NCBI GenBank assembly: GCA_043747615.1
Contig: JAYTOU010000057.1
Coordinates: 1 to 64,000 of the forward strand
Reading direction: 5' to 3'
Origin: Myxococcales bacterium
Lineage (GTDB): Bacteria > Myxococcota_A > Polyangia > Polyangiales > Polyangiaceae
DNA: 64,000 bases
Shown: piece after piece, positions 12,795 through 23,260 of the stretch
Position numbering within the stretch: the stretch's first letter is position 1
How the letters are laid out: the number at the start of each line of letters is the position of its first letter
Position numbers and translations under genes: made by a program
The notes under the pieces: generated by a model
Database searches by the model: none
Told to the model about the DNA's origin: nothing
The model's input: only the letters and a program-made list of their open reading frames with translations

Positions 12795-14026
12795 GGTGCG
12801 TCTCGCAGCTTTCGCAGGATCAGGCCAAGGACCACGCAACACCCTGCCGCGCCCGCTCCCGCTGCGAAGGGGGCTCCGGCACCGACACGCGCAAAAAGAA
12901 TTCCTCCGAGGATGGGACCGATGGTGCGGGCCAGTCCGCTCGACGATTGGGAGAACCCGAGGACCGTCCCGCGGCTCTTTGCGCCTGCGGCATCCGAAGC
13001 GATGCTGGATAGAAGCGGATTGACGATCCCGAACCCGACGGCGACGAAGGCGAGACCGCCGAGGAGAGCGACCGCGTGGTAGGCCAGGCTCACCATCACC
13101 ATCCCGACCCCAAGAAAGACCGAGCCGGCGATGACCAAATTGACCTGACCGAAGGCGCGGGTGAGTCGCCCGAGCAGAAAGCCTTGAACGACGAGGGTGA
13201 TTAGGCCGATCACCCCGAACACGTGCCCGATCTCGCTGCTACCCCAGTCGAGGCGGGCCTTGGCGAGGAGGGCAAGCGCGACTTGCTGGTTGGTCAGCAC
13301 GAGGAACAGGAAAAAGTAGAGGAGAAGAACGAGAACGACCCGCGGCTGGGAGAGCGCGAGCCACAGCGCCTTCGGGTCCAAGCGGGGCCAAAACCGCGGC
13401 TCTCCATGCACGACGACGAGGGGATCGGCTTCGGGGATCTGGCGCGTCTCGGGCATGAGAAAAAAAGCGCCGATGAGGTCTGCGACAGCAATGGCGGCGG
13501 CGCCGAGAGGCGGAGCCCAGGCTCCGAAGTGACTGAGCGTACTGCCGAGAACGGGACCGAGGACGAAGCCCAGACCAATCCCGGCCCCGAGCCGACCCAT
13601 CCCGCGCGCGCGCTCTTCGCCGGTCTTCATCACGTCGGCAATCGCAGCCTGACACGCCGCGAGATTTCCGGCGGTCATGCCGGCGACGATCCGAGAGAAG
13701 AAGAGGAGAGGAAGAAGTGAGACCCTGGTCGCCAGCGCAAACACGACCATCGAGATCGCGTTCCCGAGAAGGCTCACCAGGATCACCGGGCGGCGCCCGT
13801 AGCGGTCCGAGAGCCGGCCGAGAATGGGGGAAGCGATCAGCTGAGAAACCGAAAACGAAGCCAAAATGAAGCCCACGGTGGGGGGCGAGCCTCCCATCGA
13901 TTCTACGTAGAAGGGGAGGAGTGGAAAAACGATCCCGAAGCCGATCAGATCGAGGAACACGGTGATGAACACGAAGAAGAGAACGCGGCCGCGCGCGCGC
14001 TCGTCGATGGGCGGCTCGGCCGTCAC
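12785..14026 (-). CDS. MFS transporter, TetA/DHA1-like
   Basis: About 12 TM, FLDLIGFGIVFPLLP, motif A GRLSDRYGRRP, motif C GFVLGPVLG. The GTG start at 14026 overlaps the upstream TGA. Confidence 0.92.
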   Translation of the reverse strand: MTAEPPIDERARGRVLFFVFITVFLDLIGFGIVFPLLPFYVESMGGSPPTVGFILASFSVSQLIASPILGRLSDRYGRRPVILVSLLGNAISMVVFALATRVSLLPLLFFSRIVAGMTAGNLAACQAAIADVMKTGEERARGMGRLGAGIGLGFVLGPVLGSTLSHFGAWAPPLGAAAIAVADLIGAFFLMPETRQIPEADPLVVVHGEPRFWPRLDPKALWLALSQPRVVLVLLLYFFLFLVLTNQQVALALLAKARLDWGSSEIGHVFGVIGLITLVVQGFLLGRLTRAFGQVNLVIAGSVFLGVGMVMVSLAYHAVALLGGLAFVAVGFGIVNPLLSSIASDAAGAKSRGTVLGFSQSSSGLARTIGPILGGILFARVGAGAPFAAGAGAAGCCVVLGLILRKLRDAPVN

Positions 14027-14349
14027 GCGCTGGGCTCCTCGAAAAACGCGCAAAGCTCGTCGCGCTTCACCCGTGCATCCTTTCGACCGGGGGCCCCGGC
14101 TCTTTTCGCTGCACGAAGACCACGGTGTGCCCGCTCGCCACGTGCGTCGTGGAGATGGTGAGCGCGCAGAGCCTGCCTGCATCGAGATGACATCGAATGC
14201 GATCGACGGGAACGTTCTTGTGGACGAGCTCCTCGATGCCGGTATTTCGCCAGGCAATCGGCACTCACGATGTGCAAAATGACGCCGACGTCGTGTGCCC
14301 CGCGCGATGCGCCGCCGGCCGAAACGAGCGCGACCCGTGACCTCGCCAT
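14023..14349 (-). pseudogene. collapsed patatin-like phospholipase remnant
   Basis: Retains a degenerate Gly-rich loop (ALVSAGGASRGAHDVGV), a middle fragment in another frame (LDAGRLCALTISTTHVASGHTVVFVQ) and a C-terminus (GRKDARVKRDELCAFFE). No GxSxG or DGG motif; only about 330 bp long. Confidence 0.7.
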
Positions 14350-14427
14350 CCCCTGCAGTGGGTCACGAGCCGCCGTTGCAGTCAACTTGTTGGGCGTTGC
14401 CGGAAGGTCGCCTCGAGGTGCCGCGTC

Positions 14428-14457
14428 TTGACATCTGAAACCGTAAATATTACAGAT
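14428..14457 (+). promoter_or_regulatory. putative promoter and operator of the Rrf2 gene
   Basis: TTGACA at 14428-14433 and the dyad ATCTGAAA-N9-TTACAGAT at 14433-14457, an AT-rich patch just before GTG 14463. Confidence 0.55.
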
Positions 14458-14462
14458 AACGC

Positions 14463-14903
14463 GTGTCGTCCGGTCGTTTTGCCATCGCTACGCATGCTCT
14501 CGCTCTCCTCGCAGAGAACGCGGAGGGGTATCCGAGTGAGCACGTCGCCCGCAGCATAAACACCCACCCTGTTTTCTTGCGCCGCGTCATGGCCAAGCTC
14601 ACGAAAGCCGGCCTCGTCGAGGCGCGAGAGGGGCGCGGTGGTGGCTACCGCTTGTTGCGCCCAGCGAAGCGCATTTCACTCGGCGAAGTCTACGAAGCCA
14701 CCGAGCCAGACGGTGCGATCGCCAAGAGTCCTTGCGAGCCAAACGCCAAATGCCTCATCGGCGCCGGCATCCGAACCGCCTTCGACGACGCGGTCCGGAT
14801 CGCGAACGAGTGCCTGATCCGTGGCCTTTCCCGGCAGACCGTCGCCGACATCTCTGCACGTGCTCAAAAAATCGGTCGAGCGAAGCGTGCGAAGTCGGCC
14901 TAA
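14463..14903 (+). CDS. Rrf2 family regulator (YwnA/HypR-like, not IscR-type)
   Basis: RFAIATHAL, SINTHPVFLRR, GRGGGYRL, ISLGEVYEA, CEPNAKC. Confidence 0.9.
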   Translation: MSSGRFAIATHALALLAENAEGYPSEHVARSINTHPVFLRRVMAKLTKAGLVEAREGRGGGYRLLRPAKRISLGEVYEATEPDGAIAKSPCEPNAKCLIGAGIRTAFDDAVRIANECLIRGLSRQTVADISARAQKIGRAKRAKSA

Positions 14904-14941
14904 GTTATATCAATCCGCTTCAAACCCGTGAGGAGACATCG

Positions 14942-15265
14942 ATGGCAAGCAAGAATGTGATTGAACTCACCGACGCAAATTTCGACGCCGAGGTTCTCAA
15001 GGCCACGGAGCCCGTCCTCGTCGATTTCACCGCGACCTGGTGTGGTCCGTGCAAAGCGCTCGCGCCCGTCGTCGAGCAGATCGCCAACGAGTTCGCGGGC
15101 AAGTACAAAGTTGGCAAGCTCGACATCGACGACGCGCCCGGCATCACGCAGCGCTACGGCGTTCGCGGCGTTCCCACCGTCATGGTCTTCCAGGCAGGCG
15201 AGAAGAAGGGCCAGCACGTCGGCGTCACCAACAAAGAGACGCTCCTCAAGCTGCTCGGCGGCTGA
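14942..15265 (+). CDS. trxA: thioredoxin
   Basis: WCGPC active site, GVPT cis-Pro loop, SD GAGGAG. Confidence 0.96.
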   Translation: MASKNVIELTDANFDAEVLKATEPVLVDFTATWCGPCKALAPVVEQIANEFAGKYKVGKLDIDDAPGITQRYGVRGVPTVMVFQAGEKKGQHVGVTNKETLLKLLGG

Positions 15266-15288
15266 CGCACGCAACGCCCCCGTAGACG

Positions 15289-15345
15289 CGTGCCCGCGTG
15301 CGGCCCCGTGATCGCATCACGCAGCCCCCCGGGCACGTTTCATTT
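15289..15345 (+). terminator. putative intrinsic terminator after trxA
   Basis: Outer stem CGTGCCCG/CGGGCACG with inner hairpin CGTGAT-cgc-ATCACG, followed by TTTCATTT. Confidence 0.45.
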
Positions 15346-15385
15346 CCGTTTTGTGGGTGGTCTTTCGTCGGCGTGCTAGGAAAAC

Positions 15386-15958
15386 ATGATGCGAGCCATT
15401 CAGATCGTCGCTGCTGCCGCCCTTCTGTCTCTCGGGGCGGGGTGTGGCTCCGCAGCCAAAAAACCGGCCTCCGATGCGACGAGCACTCCCGCAGACGAGG
15501 GGGCCCCGAAGTGGGATTCCTCGTCGGAGAGCACGTCGACGCCGGCCCACTCGTCGGGCTCGTCCGGTAGCGCATCGAGCGGCGAAGGCACACCGACCAC
15601 CGCCGCGCCGGCGGGCCACGTCGCGAACATGCAGGCGCCAAAAGCACGCAGCGGGGACGTCTACGACAAAGAGCACACGGACATCGTGCTCAAGCGCGCC
15701 GCTCGCCAGGTGAAGGAAAACTGCGGTTCGGCAAAAGACGAAGACGGCAAAGCGCCCGGCCCTTGGGGAAAGACGTCGGCCGCCGTCCTGCTGGGTCACA
15801 ACGGGCACTCGAAGGGCGTGACCATCGGAGCGCCGTACGACGGAACGCCGGGAGGTCGGTGTATCTTGCAGGCTTTCTCGAACCTGACCTTCCCGCCGTG
15901 GAGCGGCCCCGACACCACCGTGAACTGGGAGCTCGAGCTCCTTCAGCCCAAGCCCTAG
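15386..15958 (+). CDS. lipoprotein with C-terminal TonB_C-like (AgmX/PglI-type) domain
   Basis: Lipobox LGAGC, Ser/Thr-rich linker, two-Cys domain ending GAPYDGTPGGRC..FPPWSG. Confidence 0.7.
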   Translation: MMRAIQIVAAAALLSLGAGCGSAAKKPASDATSTPADEGAPKWDSSSESTSTPAHSSGSSGSASSGEGTPTTAAPAGHVANMQAPKARSGDVYDKEHTDIVLKRAARQVKENCGSAKDEDGKAPGPWGKTSAAVLLGHNGHSKGVTIGAPYDGTPGGRCILQAFSNLTFPPWSGPDTTVNWELELLQPKP

Positions 15959-15967
15959 TCGCCTAAG

Positions 15968-17530
15968 TCACTCACTCTTTGCAGTGATCGATTCGATGAG
16001 CGCGCGGTCCCCCTGAAGAGCGACGCGTTGCATGTAGAATCCGAGGCCGCGTCGTCCGCCGAGCTCTTCGCCGCCGCCTGCCCGACCGGGGCCGCCGTGA
16101 ATGAGCTGCGGCATCACGGTGCCCGGCGGAATGGCTTGGGAGGCGATCTTCGAGGAGCCGATCGTCACCCGTCCGTGGAAGGGAGCGATGGCAAGGACCG
16201 CCCCGCGAACGAACGATTTGTCATCCGAGTAGACGCTAGAGACGAGACCACCGCCGCCGGCCGCCACGAGCGCGGCTGCCCCCGCCGCCGTTCCGTCGTA
16301 GGGCATCACCGTCGAGATCGGCCCGAAGACTTCGTGGTTGTGGACGGCATCGCTCGCGTTCGGCGTAGGCGCGTGAACGAGCATCGGGCTCATGAAAAAG
16401 CCTTTTCCCGCCGCTGCGCCGAGCGCGGTGATCGCCTTCGTGTCGCCGAACACCACCCGGCCACACGCCGCGAGACGCTGCGCTCCTTCGCGTACGTCTT
16501 TCAGCTGTTGGGCGGTCGCGAGCGGCCCCATGTTCACGTCTTCGCGTGAGGGATCGCCCACCTTCACGGCTTCGAGGCGCTCCCGGATCTGCGCGAGGAC
16601 AAGCTCGAGCTTTTGCGGAGGCACGTAGACGCGGCGAATGGCCGTGCACTTTTGCCCGGTCTTTTGGGTGATATCGCGGACGACGTCGGCGATGAAGAGG
16701 TTCAATAAGTCGGAGCCTTCCTCGACGTCGGGCCCGAGGACCGCTGCGTTGAGGCTGTCGGCTTCCACGTTTACTCGCACCGCTTGATCGATGACCGCCT
16801 TGCCGCCGCGGAGGGTCGCTCCCGTCACGCCCGAGCCGGTGAAGGCAAGGACGTCTTGCCCTGTGAGGTGATCGAGGAGATCGCCCGTGCTCCCGGCGAT
16901 GAACGAGAGCGCACCCTCCGGACACGCATTGGCCGCGACCAAGATCTCCATGATGCGGTGGGACACGAGCGCCGTGCTCGTTGCCGGCTTGCTGATCACG
17001 GGCATTCCTGCGAGGAGAGCGGCGGCCGCTTTTTCAGCGAGCCCCCAGGCGGGAAAATTGAAGGCGTTGATGTGCACCGCGACGCCTTCGCGAGGGACGT
17101 AGACGTGGACCCCGAAGAGCCTCGGGCTGCGACCGAGCTGGAGGCCCTCTCCGTCGGCGAGGGCGTAGGCTTCACCGAGGGTGGGCGCGAGATCGGCATA
17201 CGCGGCGAGCGTCCCGGTCGCGCCGTCGATGTCGAACTTGGCGTCGGAGCGGGTGTTGCCGCCGTTAGCGATGGCTAGACCGATCAGCTCGTCGCGATGA
17301 GCATGAATGGCTCGCGACATCGCGCGCAGCATTTCGCCCCGCGCGGCGAACGACATGCGCCGAAGCGCCGGCCCGCCGACGTTCCGCGCAAAATCGTGCG
17401 CGAGCTTGAAATCGAGCCCTTCGGTGGAAGCGCTGGCGAGCGGTTCCTCCGTCGTCGCGTTGAGGATTGTCGCCACGCGTCCCGTTCCGCGCATCCACTT
17501 CCCTTGCAGATAGCTCTTGAGCTCGATCAT
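15968..17530 (-). CDS. boxD: 3,4-dehydroadipyl-CoA semialdehyde dehydrogenase
   Basis: PaaZ/BoxD-type ALDH motifs [49 protein letters not shown]; no MaoC tail; lies in the box cluster. Confidence 0.88.
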   Translation of the reverse strand: MIELKSYLQGKWMRGTGRVATILNATTEEPLASASTEGLDFKLAHDFARNVGGPALRRMSFAARGEMLRAMSRAIHAHRDELIGLAIANGGNTRSDAKFDIDGATGTLAAYADLAPTLGEAYALADGEGLQLGRSPRLFGVHVYVPREGVAVHINAFNFPAWGLAEKAAAALLAGMPVISKPATSTALVSHRIMEILVAANACPEGALSFIAGSTGDLLDHLTGQDVLAFTGSGVTGATLRGGKAVIDQAVRVNVEADSLNAAVLGPDVEEGSDLLNLFIADVVRDITQKTGQKCTAIRRVYVPPQKLELVLAQIRERLEAVKVGDPSREDVNMGPLATAQQLKDVREGAQRLAACGRVVFGDTKAITALGAAAGKGFFMSPMLVHAPTPNASDAVHNHEVFGPISTVMPYDGTAAGAAALVAAGGGGLVSSVYSDDKSFVRGAVLAIAPFHGRVTIGSSKIASQAIPPGTVMPQLIHGGPGRAGGGEELGGRRGLGFYMQRVALQGDRALIESITAKSE

Positions 17531-17534
17531 CGCC

Positions 17535-18323
17535 TCATCCTCTCGCTTTCTTCGGTCCGTCCACCACCGCCGTCATTACGCGCTCCACGGCATCCTCCGG
17601 CGAAACGCTGGAGGTGTCGATCACGTACGCCGCCTTCGCATAAAGGGGTTTTCGTGCAGTGAGAAGAGCCTTGAGCTCGCTCATCGCGTCGGCCCTGTCT
17701 TTCATAGGACGTCCGTCACCCTGCGCTACCACGCGATCCCAGTGATCGCGGGCGCTTGCTTTCAGCCACACGGTGCACGCCCGGCGGCGGAGGAGAGCGA
17801 AGGTTGCTTCGTCGGTCACGATCGATCCGCTCGTCGCGAGGACCGCGTTCGGGCGGCCATCGAAGAATCGCTTGAGCGCGTCACGTTCGATTTTTCGAAA
17901 ATACGACTCTCCATGGAGCTCGAACATCGTCGCCAGGCTCATCCCCGCTTCGCGCGCCACGAGAGCATCGAGCTCGACGAATGGCACCCCGAGACGCCGC
18001 GCCGCCATCGCTCCAAGGGTGCTTTTTCCTGCACCCCGCAGACCGAGGAGGGCCACCACGCCGCGCATGGTTTCGGGGCGCTCGCTGGCGTTCGCGAGGA
18101 GGGACGAGGCCGTTGTGTCCAGTGCGTCGGCCACGTCCTGCAGGCGGGCGACGGAAATGTTTCCCTGCCCCGTCTCGAGCTGGGCGAGAAATCGCTCGCT
18201 GACGTGGGCCCGCTCGGCGAGAGCCTTGCGTGTGAGACCGCACTCCGCGCGCTGCGATTTCACCGCGCTCCCCAGGCTCTTCAGGAGATGCGCGCGCTTA
18301 TCGGCCACGTTCGCGGCGATCAT
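17535..18323 (-). CDS. boxR: BzdR/BoxR-type regulator (XRE HTH plus shikimate-kinase-like domain)
   Basis: VSERFLAQLETGQGNIS HTH, GLRGAGKSTLG P-loop, RVVAQGDGRPM; divergent from boxC. Confidence 0.9.
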   Translation of the reverse strand: MIAANVADKRAHLLKSLGSAVKSQRAECGLTRKALAERAHVSERFLAQLETGQGNISVARLQDVADALDTTASSLLANASERPETMRGVVALLGLRGAGKSTLGAMAARRLGVPFVELDALVAREAGMSLATMFELHGESYFRKIERDALKRFFDGRPNAVLATSGSIVTDEATFALLRRRACTVWLKASARDHWDRVVAQGDGRPMKDRADAMSELKALLTARKPLYAKAAYVIDTSSVSPEDAVERVMTAVVDGPKKARG

Positions 18324-18328
18324 CGTCG

Positions 18329-18372
18329 TGCACTATAGTTCACGTCACTCACAGTCCAAGCACTATAGTACT
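18329..18372. promoter_or_regulatory. two near-palindromic putative BoxR operators
   Basis: TGCACTATAGTTCA (18329-18342) and AGCACTATAGTACT (18359-18372) sit 30 bp apart. Each contains a TATAGT -10-like hexamer on both strands. Confidence 0.7.
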
Positions 18373-18408
18373 TGAACCACGTCGTGTCGTGCCCTACCTT
18401 TTTGGGCC

Positions 18409-20076
<1,668 letters not shown>

Positions 20077-20102
20077 TCCAAAAGACCAAGGCGGAGATCC
20101 CC

Positions 20103-21536
20103 ATGAGCAATGTCGTCACCGATGAGCGCATCCCCAACAACGTCAACCTCTCTGGCGACAAGAAGCTCCAGCGCGCCCTCGAAGCGTGGCAGCCGAACTT
20201 CATCAACTGGTGGAAGGAAATGGGGCCGGTCGGCTTCCAAGCGGACGACGTCTTTCTCCGCACGGCGATCTCTACGCGACCCGATGGCTGGGCGAATTTC
20301 GATTACGTGAAGATGCCCGATTACCGCTGGGGAATTTTTCTCGCGGATCCGGTGAAGGACCGCACCATCGGCTTCGGCGATCACATGGGCGAGCCCGTGT
20401 GGCAGCAAATTCCAGGAGAGCATCGGAACTCGCTTCGTCGGCTCATCGTCACCCAGGGAGACACGGAGCCCGCGAGCGTCGAGCAGCAGCGTCTGCTCGG
20501 CCAGTCCTGCCCGAGCGTCTACGATCTGCGAAATCTGTTTCAGGTGAACGTGGAAGAGGGGCGCCACCTGTGGGCCATGGTCTACCTCCTTCAATCGTAC
20601 TTCGGGCGCGACGGGCGCGAGGAGGCAGAGGCGCTGCTTGAGCGTCGCAGCGGAGACGAGAACAAGCCGCGGATCCTCGGCGCGTTCAACGAGCCGTGCA
20701 CGGACTGGCTTTCGTTCTTCATGTTCACGTTCTTCACCGATCGCGACGGGAAATTTCAGCTTCTCGCCCTGGCGGAAAGCGCGTTTGATCCTTTGTCGCG
20801 GACCACGCGCTTCATGCTCACCGAAGAAGCGCACCACATGTTCGTCGGGGAAACGGGCGTCGGCCGGGTGGTCGAGCGCACCGCGCAGCTCATGGCGGAG
20901 CACAAAATCGAGCATCCGGAGGACGTACGGAAGCTCGGAGCGATCGATCTGCCGACCATGCAACGGTACTTGAATCTCTGGTACTCGCTCTCGCTCGATC
21001 TCTTCGGCGGAGAGATCTCGTCGAACGCCGCTTCGTTCTTCGCGACCGGTCTCAAGGGGCGTGCGAAGGAGGAGCAGTACGCGGATCACAAGGCGCTCGA
21101 GGGTTTCTACGGCATGGACGCCGTCCGCGACGGTCGTCTCGTGCGCGAGGAAATTCCGCTCCGCAACGCGATGAACGAAGTGCTTCGTGACGACTACGTG
21201 GTCGACTGCCAGCGCGGCGTCGACAAATGGAACCGCGCCATCGAAGCTCATGGCGTCCCGTTCAAGCTCACCCTGCCGAGCCGCAGGTTTCACCGTCAGA
21301 TCGGCATCTACAGCGACGTGAATGCCGGGCCTTCGGGGGATCTCATCACCAAAGAGGCGTTCGACGCCAAGCGTTCCGAGTGGCTCCCCAGCGCGGCGGA
21401 CAAGGCATACGTCCAGAGCCTCATGCAGAAGCCGATCTACGATCCCAAGCAGATGGCGAACTGGATCGCTCCGCCGAAGCAGGGCATCAAGGGCCGCGGA
21501 GTCGACTTCGAATACGTGAGACACGACCAGGCGTAA
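20103..21536 (+). CDS. boxB: benzoyl-CoA 2,3-epoxidase, diiron subunit
   Basis: IPNNVNL, VKMPDYRWGI, QGDTEPASVEQQ, diiron motifs EEGRH and EEAHH, TDRDGKFQL. Confidence 0.96.
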   Translation: MSNVVTDERIPNNVNLSGDKKLQRALEAWQPNFINWWKEMGPVGFQADDVFLRTAISTRPDGWANFDYVKMPDYRWGIFLADPVKDRTIGFGDHMGEPVWQQIPGEHRNSLRRLIVTQGDTEPASVEQQRLLGQSCPSVYDLRNLFQVNVEEGRHLWAMVYLLQSYFGRDGREEAEALLERRSGDENKPRILGAFNEPCTDWLSFFMFTFFTDRDGKFQLLALAESAFDPLSRTTRFMLTEEAHHMFVGETGVGRVVERTAQLMAEHKIEHPEDVRKLGAIDLPTMQRYLNLWYSLSLDLFGGEISSNAASFFATGLKGRAKEEQYADHKALEGFYGMDAVRDGRLVREEIPLRNAMNEVLRDDYVVDCQRGVDKWNRAIEAHGVPFKLTLPSRRFHRQIGIYSDVNAGPSGDLITKEAFDAKRSEWLPSAADKAYVQSLMQKPIYDPKQMANWIAPPKQGIKGRGVDFEYVRHDQA

Positions 21537-21538
21537 CG

Positions 21539-23257
21539 ATGGAACGCCTGCCTCCCGTCGCGCCGTCTGACGAAATCAATCTCTACATCCGAACGTACTA
21601 TTCGCTCCTTCGTTCCTCGGGTCAGGTGCGGGTGCGGGCGATCGAGGAAGCGCACGCGTACAGCGGGTCGTCGCTGCATCTCGGCGCGCTGTCGCCCATC
21701 CCGGACGTGTCGGCGTTTGCGTATGCAGCGGCGCGCCTTCCGGACGAGATGCAGGAGACCAAGCTCGTCGTGCTCGGGCAATCGCACGAGCTGTTCGAAG
21801 CTGCGGGCTTCAATGTCCGGGCCTGGAAACCCGTGCGAACGCGCGGTCGCCGCCGTCCGCTGCGCTTCGAGCCGAAGACCGGAACCCTCGGCGTGTTCAT
21901 CGCCAGCGAGAGCGACATCGACGACTTCGTGCCGATCGTCACGGCGTACCAGATCGAGTGGAACAAGATGCACTGGCGGCTGCAGGCCGCAGATCTCACC
22001 TCGCATGCCGAGCTACCCGACGCGAACGGGCTGGCGGAAATACTCGGGATCACCGTAGACGACGTGGCGATCCTCGCCTTCGCGTTCACCAAGAGCAAGT
22101 TCGAGGCGGGCATCCGTGCTCTCGCGGCCCGCCCCTCCGACATCCATCTGCAGATGCTCGCTTCGTCGTATTCGCAATACCAGCGCGCGGCCCAGCGGTG
22201 GTGGAGCGGCATTGAGCCCGGGTATCTTCAGAAGGAGCATCCTCGCCGACCGCCGGTGTATTTCGTGTCCTCGAACACCCACGCCATCGCCAACCTCGTC
22301 GGCGGCTACGCCCGGGCGCACACGAAGGAAATCGTCGAGTACGCGCTCGCCAAAAATCCAGAGGGCCTCGCTGACACCGTCGCCCAGAAACGTGGGGACG
22401 AGGCGGCGATCCGCCCGCTCGTTTACTATCTTCTTCGGGGCTACATCCACGACGATCCCACGGGAGCGCGGATGCGCGAGGTGCGGCAATTCGAGGCGAG
22501 AGTGGGGCTTGCCCATTTCTCCGAGCCTGGTCACGTCGACGTCGATGCCCAAATCATGCAGATCTCGAAGATCGACCCGAGCCTCATCGACCCGCGGTTG
22601 CACGTGCCGGGAATCGAAGCGCTCGCGAAGAGCGACGCGTACATCATCAACATCGACTACCCGCTCGGAATGGCGGCGTTTCACCTGCTCTCACGTGTGG
22701 GCCAAGGGGTGGGCGAGCTCCGTGGCGTGTACGTCATGGGAAAGGCTGCTTCGCTCAACGGACGGGTCGGCGATGTTTCGCTCAGCGGGGTCGTCTACGA
22801 CGAGCACACCCGCAACACGTTTCTTTTTCGCAACGCGCTCACCGCGAAGGACGTGCGCCCGTACCTGCAGTACGGAAGCGTATTCGACAACCAGTCGGCC
22901 CTCACGGTGCGAAGCGCGTTCCTCCAGAACAAGAATTACATGAACGCCTTCTACCGCGACGGTTACACGGTGCTCGAGATGGAGGCGGGGCCGTTTTTGA
23001 GCGCGATTTACGAATTGATGCACCCTACACGTATCCCCGTGAACGAAATCGTGCACATCAGCGATCGCGCTTTTGAAGTGGGCTTTCTCCACTACGTGTC
23101 GGACACGCCCAACTCGCGGCGGCAGTCGCTCCTGTCGAAGAGCCTCAGCTACTTTGGCGTGGACAGCACGTACGCGTGTGCGACCGCGATCGTCCGGAAG
23201 ATCTTCGAGCGTGAAGTGGCTTTAGCCGCAGGATCTCCGCGACTCTCGGTTTTCTGA
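21539..23257 (+). CDS. uncharacterised protein with nucleoside-phosphorylase-like C-terminal motifs
   Basis: ATG is 2 bp after the boxB stop. N-terminal YIRTYYSLLRS; C-terminal VMGKAASLNGRVGDV, LEMEAGP and YVSD. Confidence 0.8.
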   Translation: MERLPPVAPSDEINLYIRTYYSLLRSSGQVRVRAIEEAHAYSGSSLHLGALSPIPDVSAFAYAAARLPDEMQETKLVVLGQSHELFEAAGFNVRAWKPVRTRGRRRPLRFEPKTGTLGVFIASESDIDDFVPIVTAYQIEWNKMHWRLQAADLTSHAELPDANGLAEILGITVDDVAILAFAFTKSKFEAGIRALAARPSDIHLQMLASSYSQYQRAAQRWWSGIEPGYLQKEHPRRPPVYFVSSNTHAIANLVGGYARAHTKEIVEYALAKNPEGLADTVAQKRGDEAAIRPLVYYLLRGYIHDDPTGARMREVRQFEARVGLAHFSEPGHVDVDAQIMQISKIDPSLIDPRLHVPGIEALAKSDAYIINIDYPLGMAAFHLLSRVGQGVGELRGVYVMGKAASLNGRVGDVSLSGVVYDEHTRNTFLFRNALTAKDVRPYLQYGSVFDNQSALTVRSAFLQNKNYMNAFYRDGYTVLEMEAGPFLSAIYELMHPTRIPVNEIVHISDRAFEVGFLHYVSDTPNSRRQSLLSKSLSYFGVDSTYACATAIVRKIFEREVALAAGSPRLSVF

Positions 23258-23260
23258 GTG

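Noticed and set aside
14027..14257. N-terminal extension of the MFS ORF
   Set aside because: It runs through the patatin remnant; MFS homology begins after GTG 14026.
14463..14903. Rrf2 gene as a displaced iscR
   Set aside because: It lacks the IscR CX5CX5C-X2-H ligand pattern, resembles the YwnA/HypR type, and is linked to trxA.
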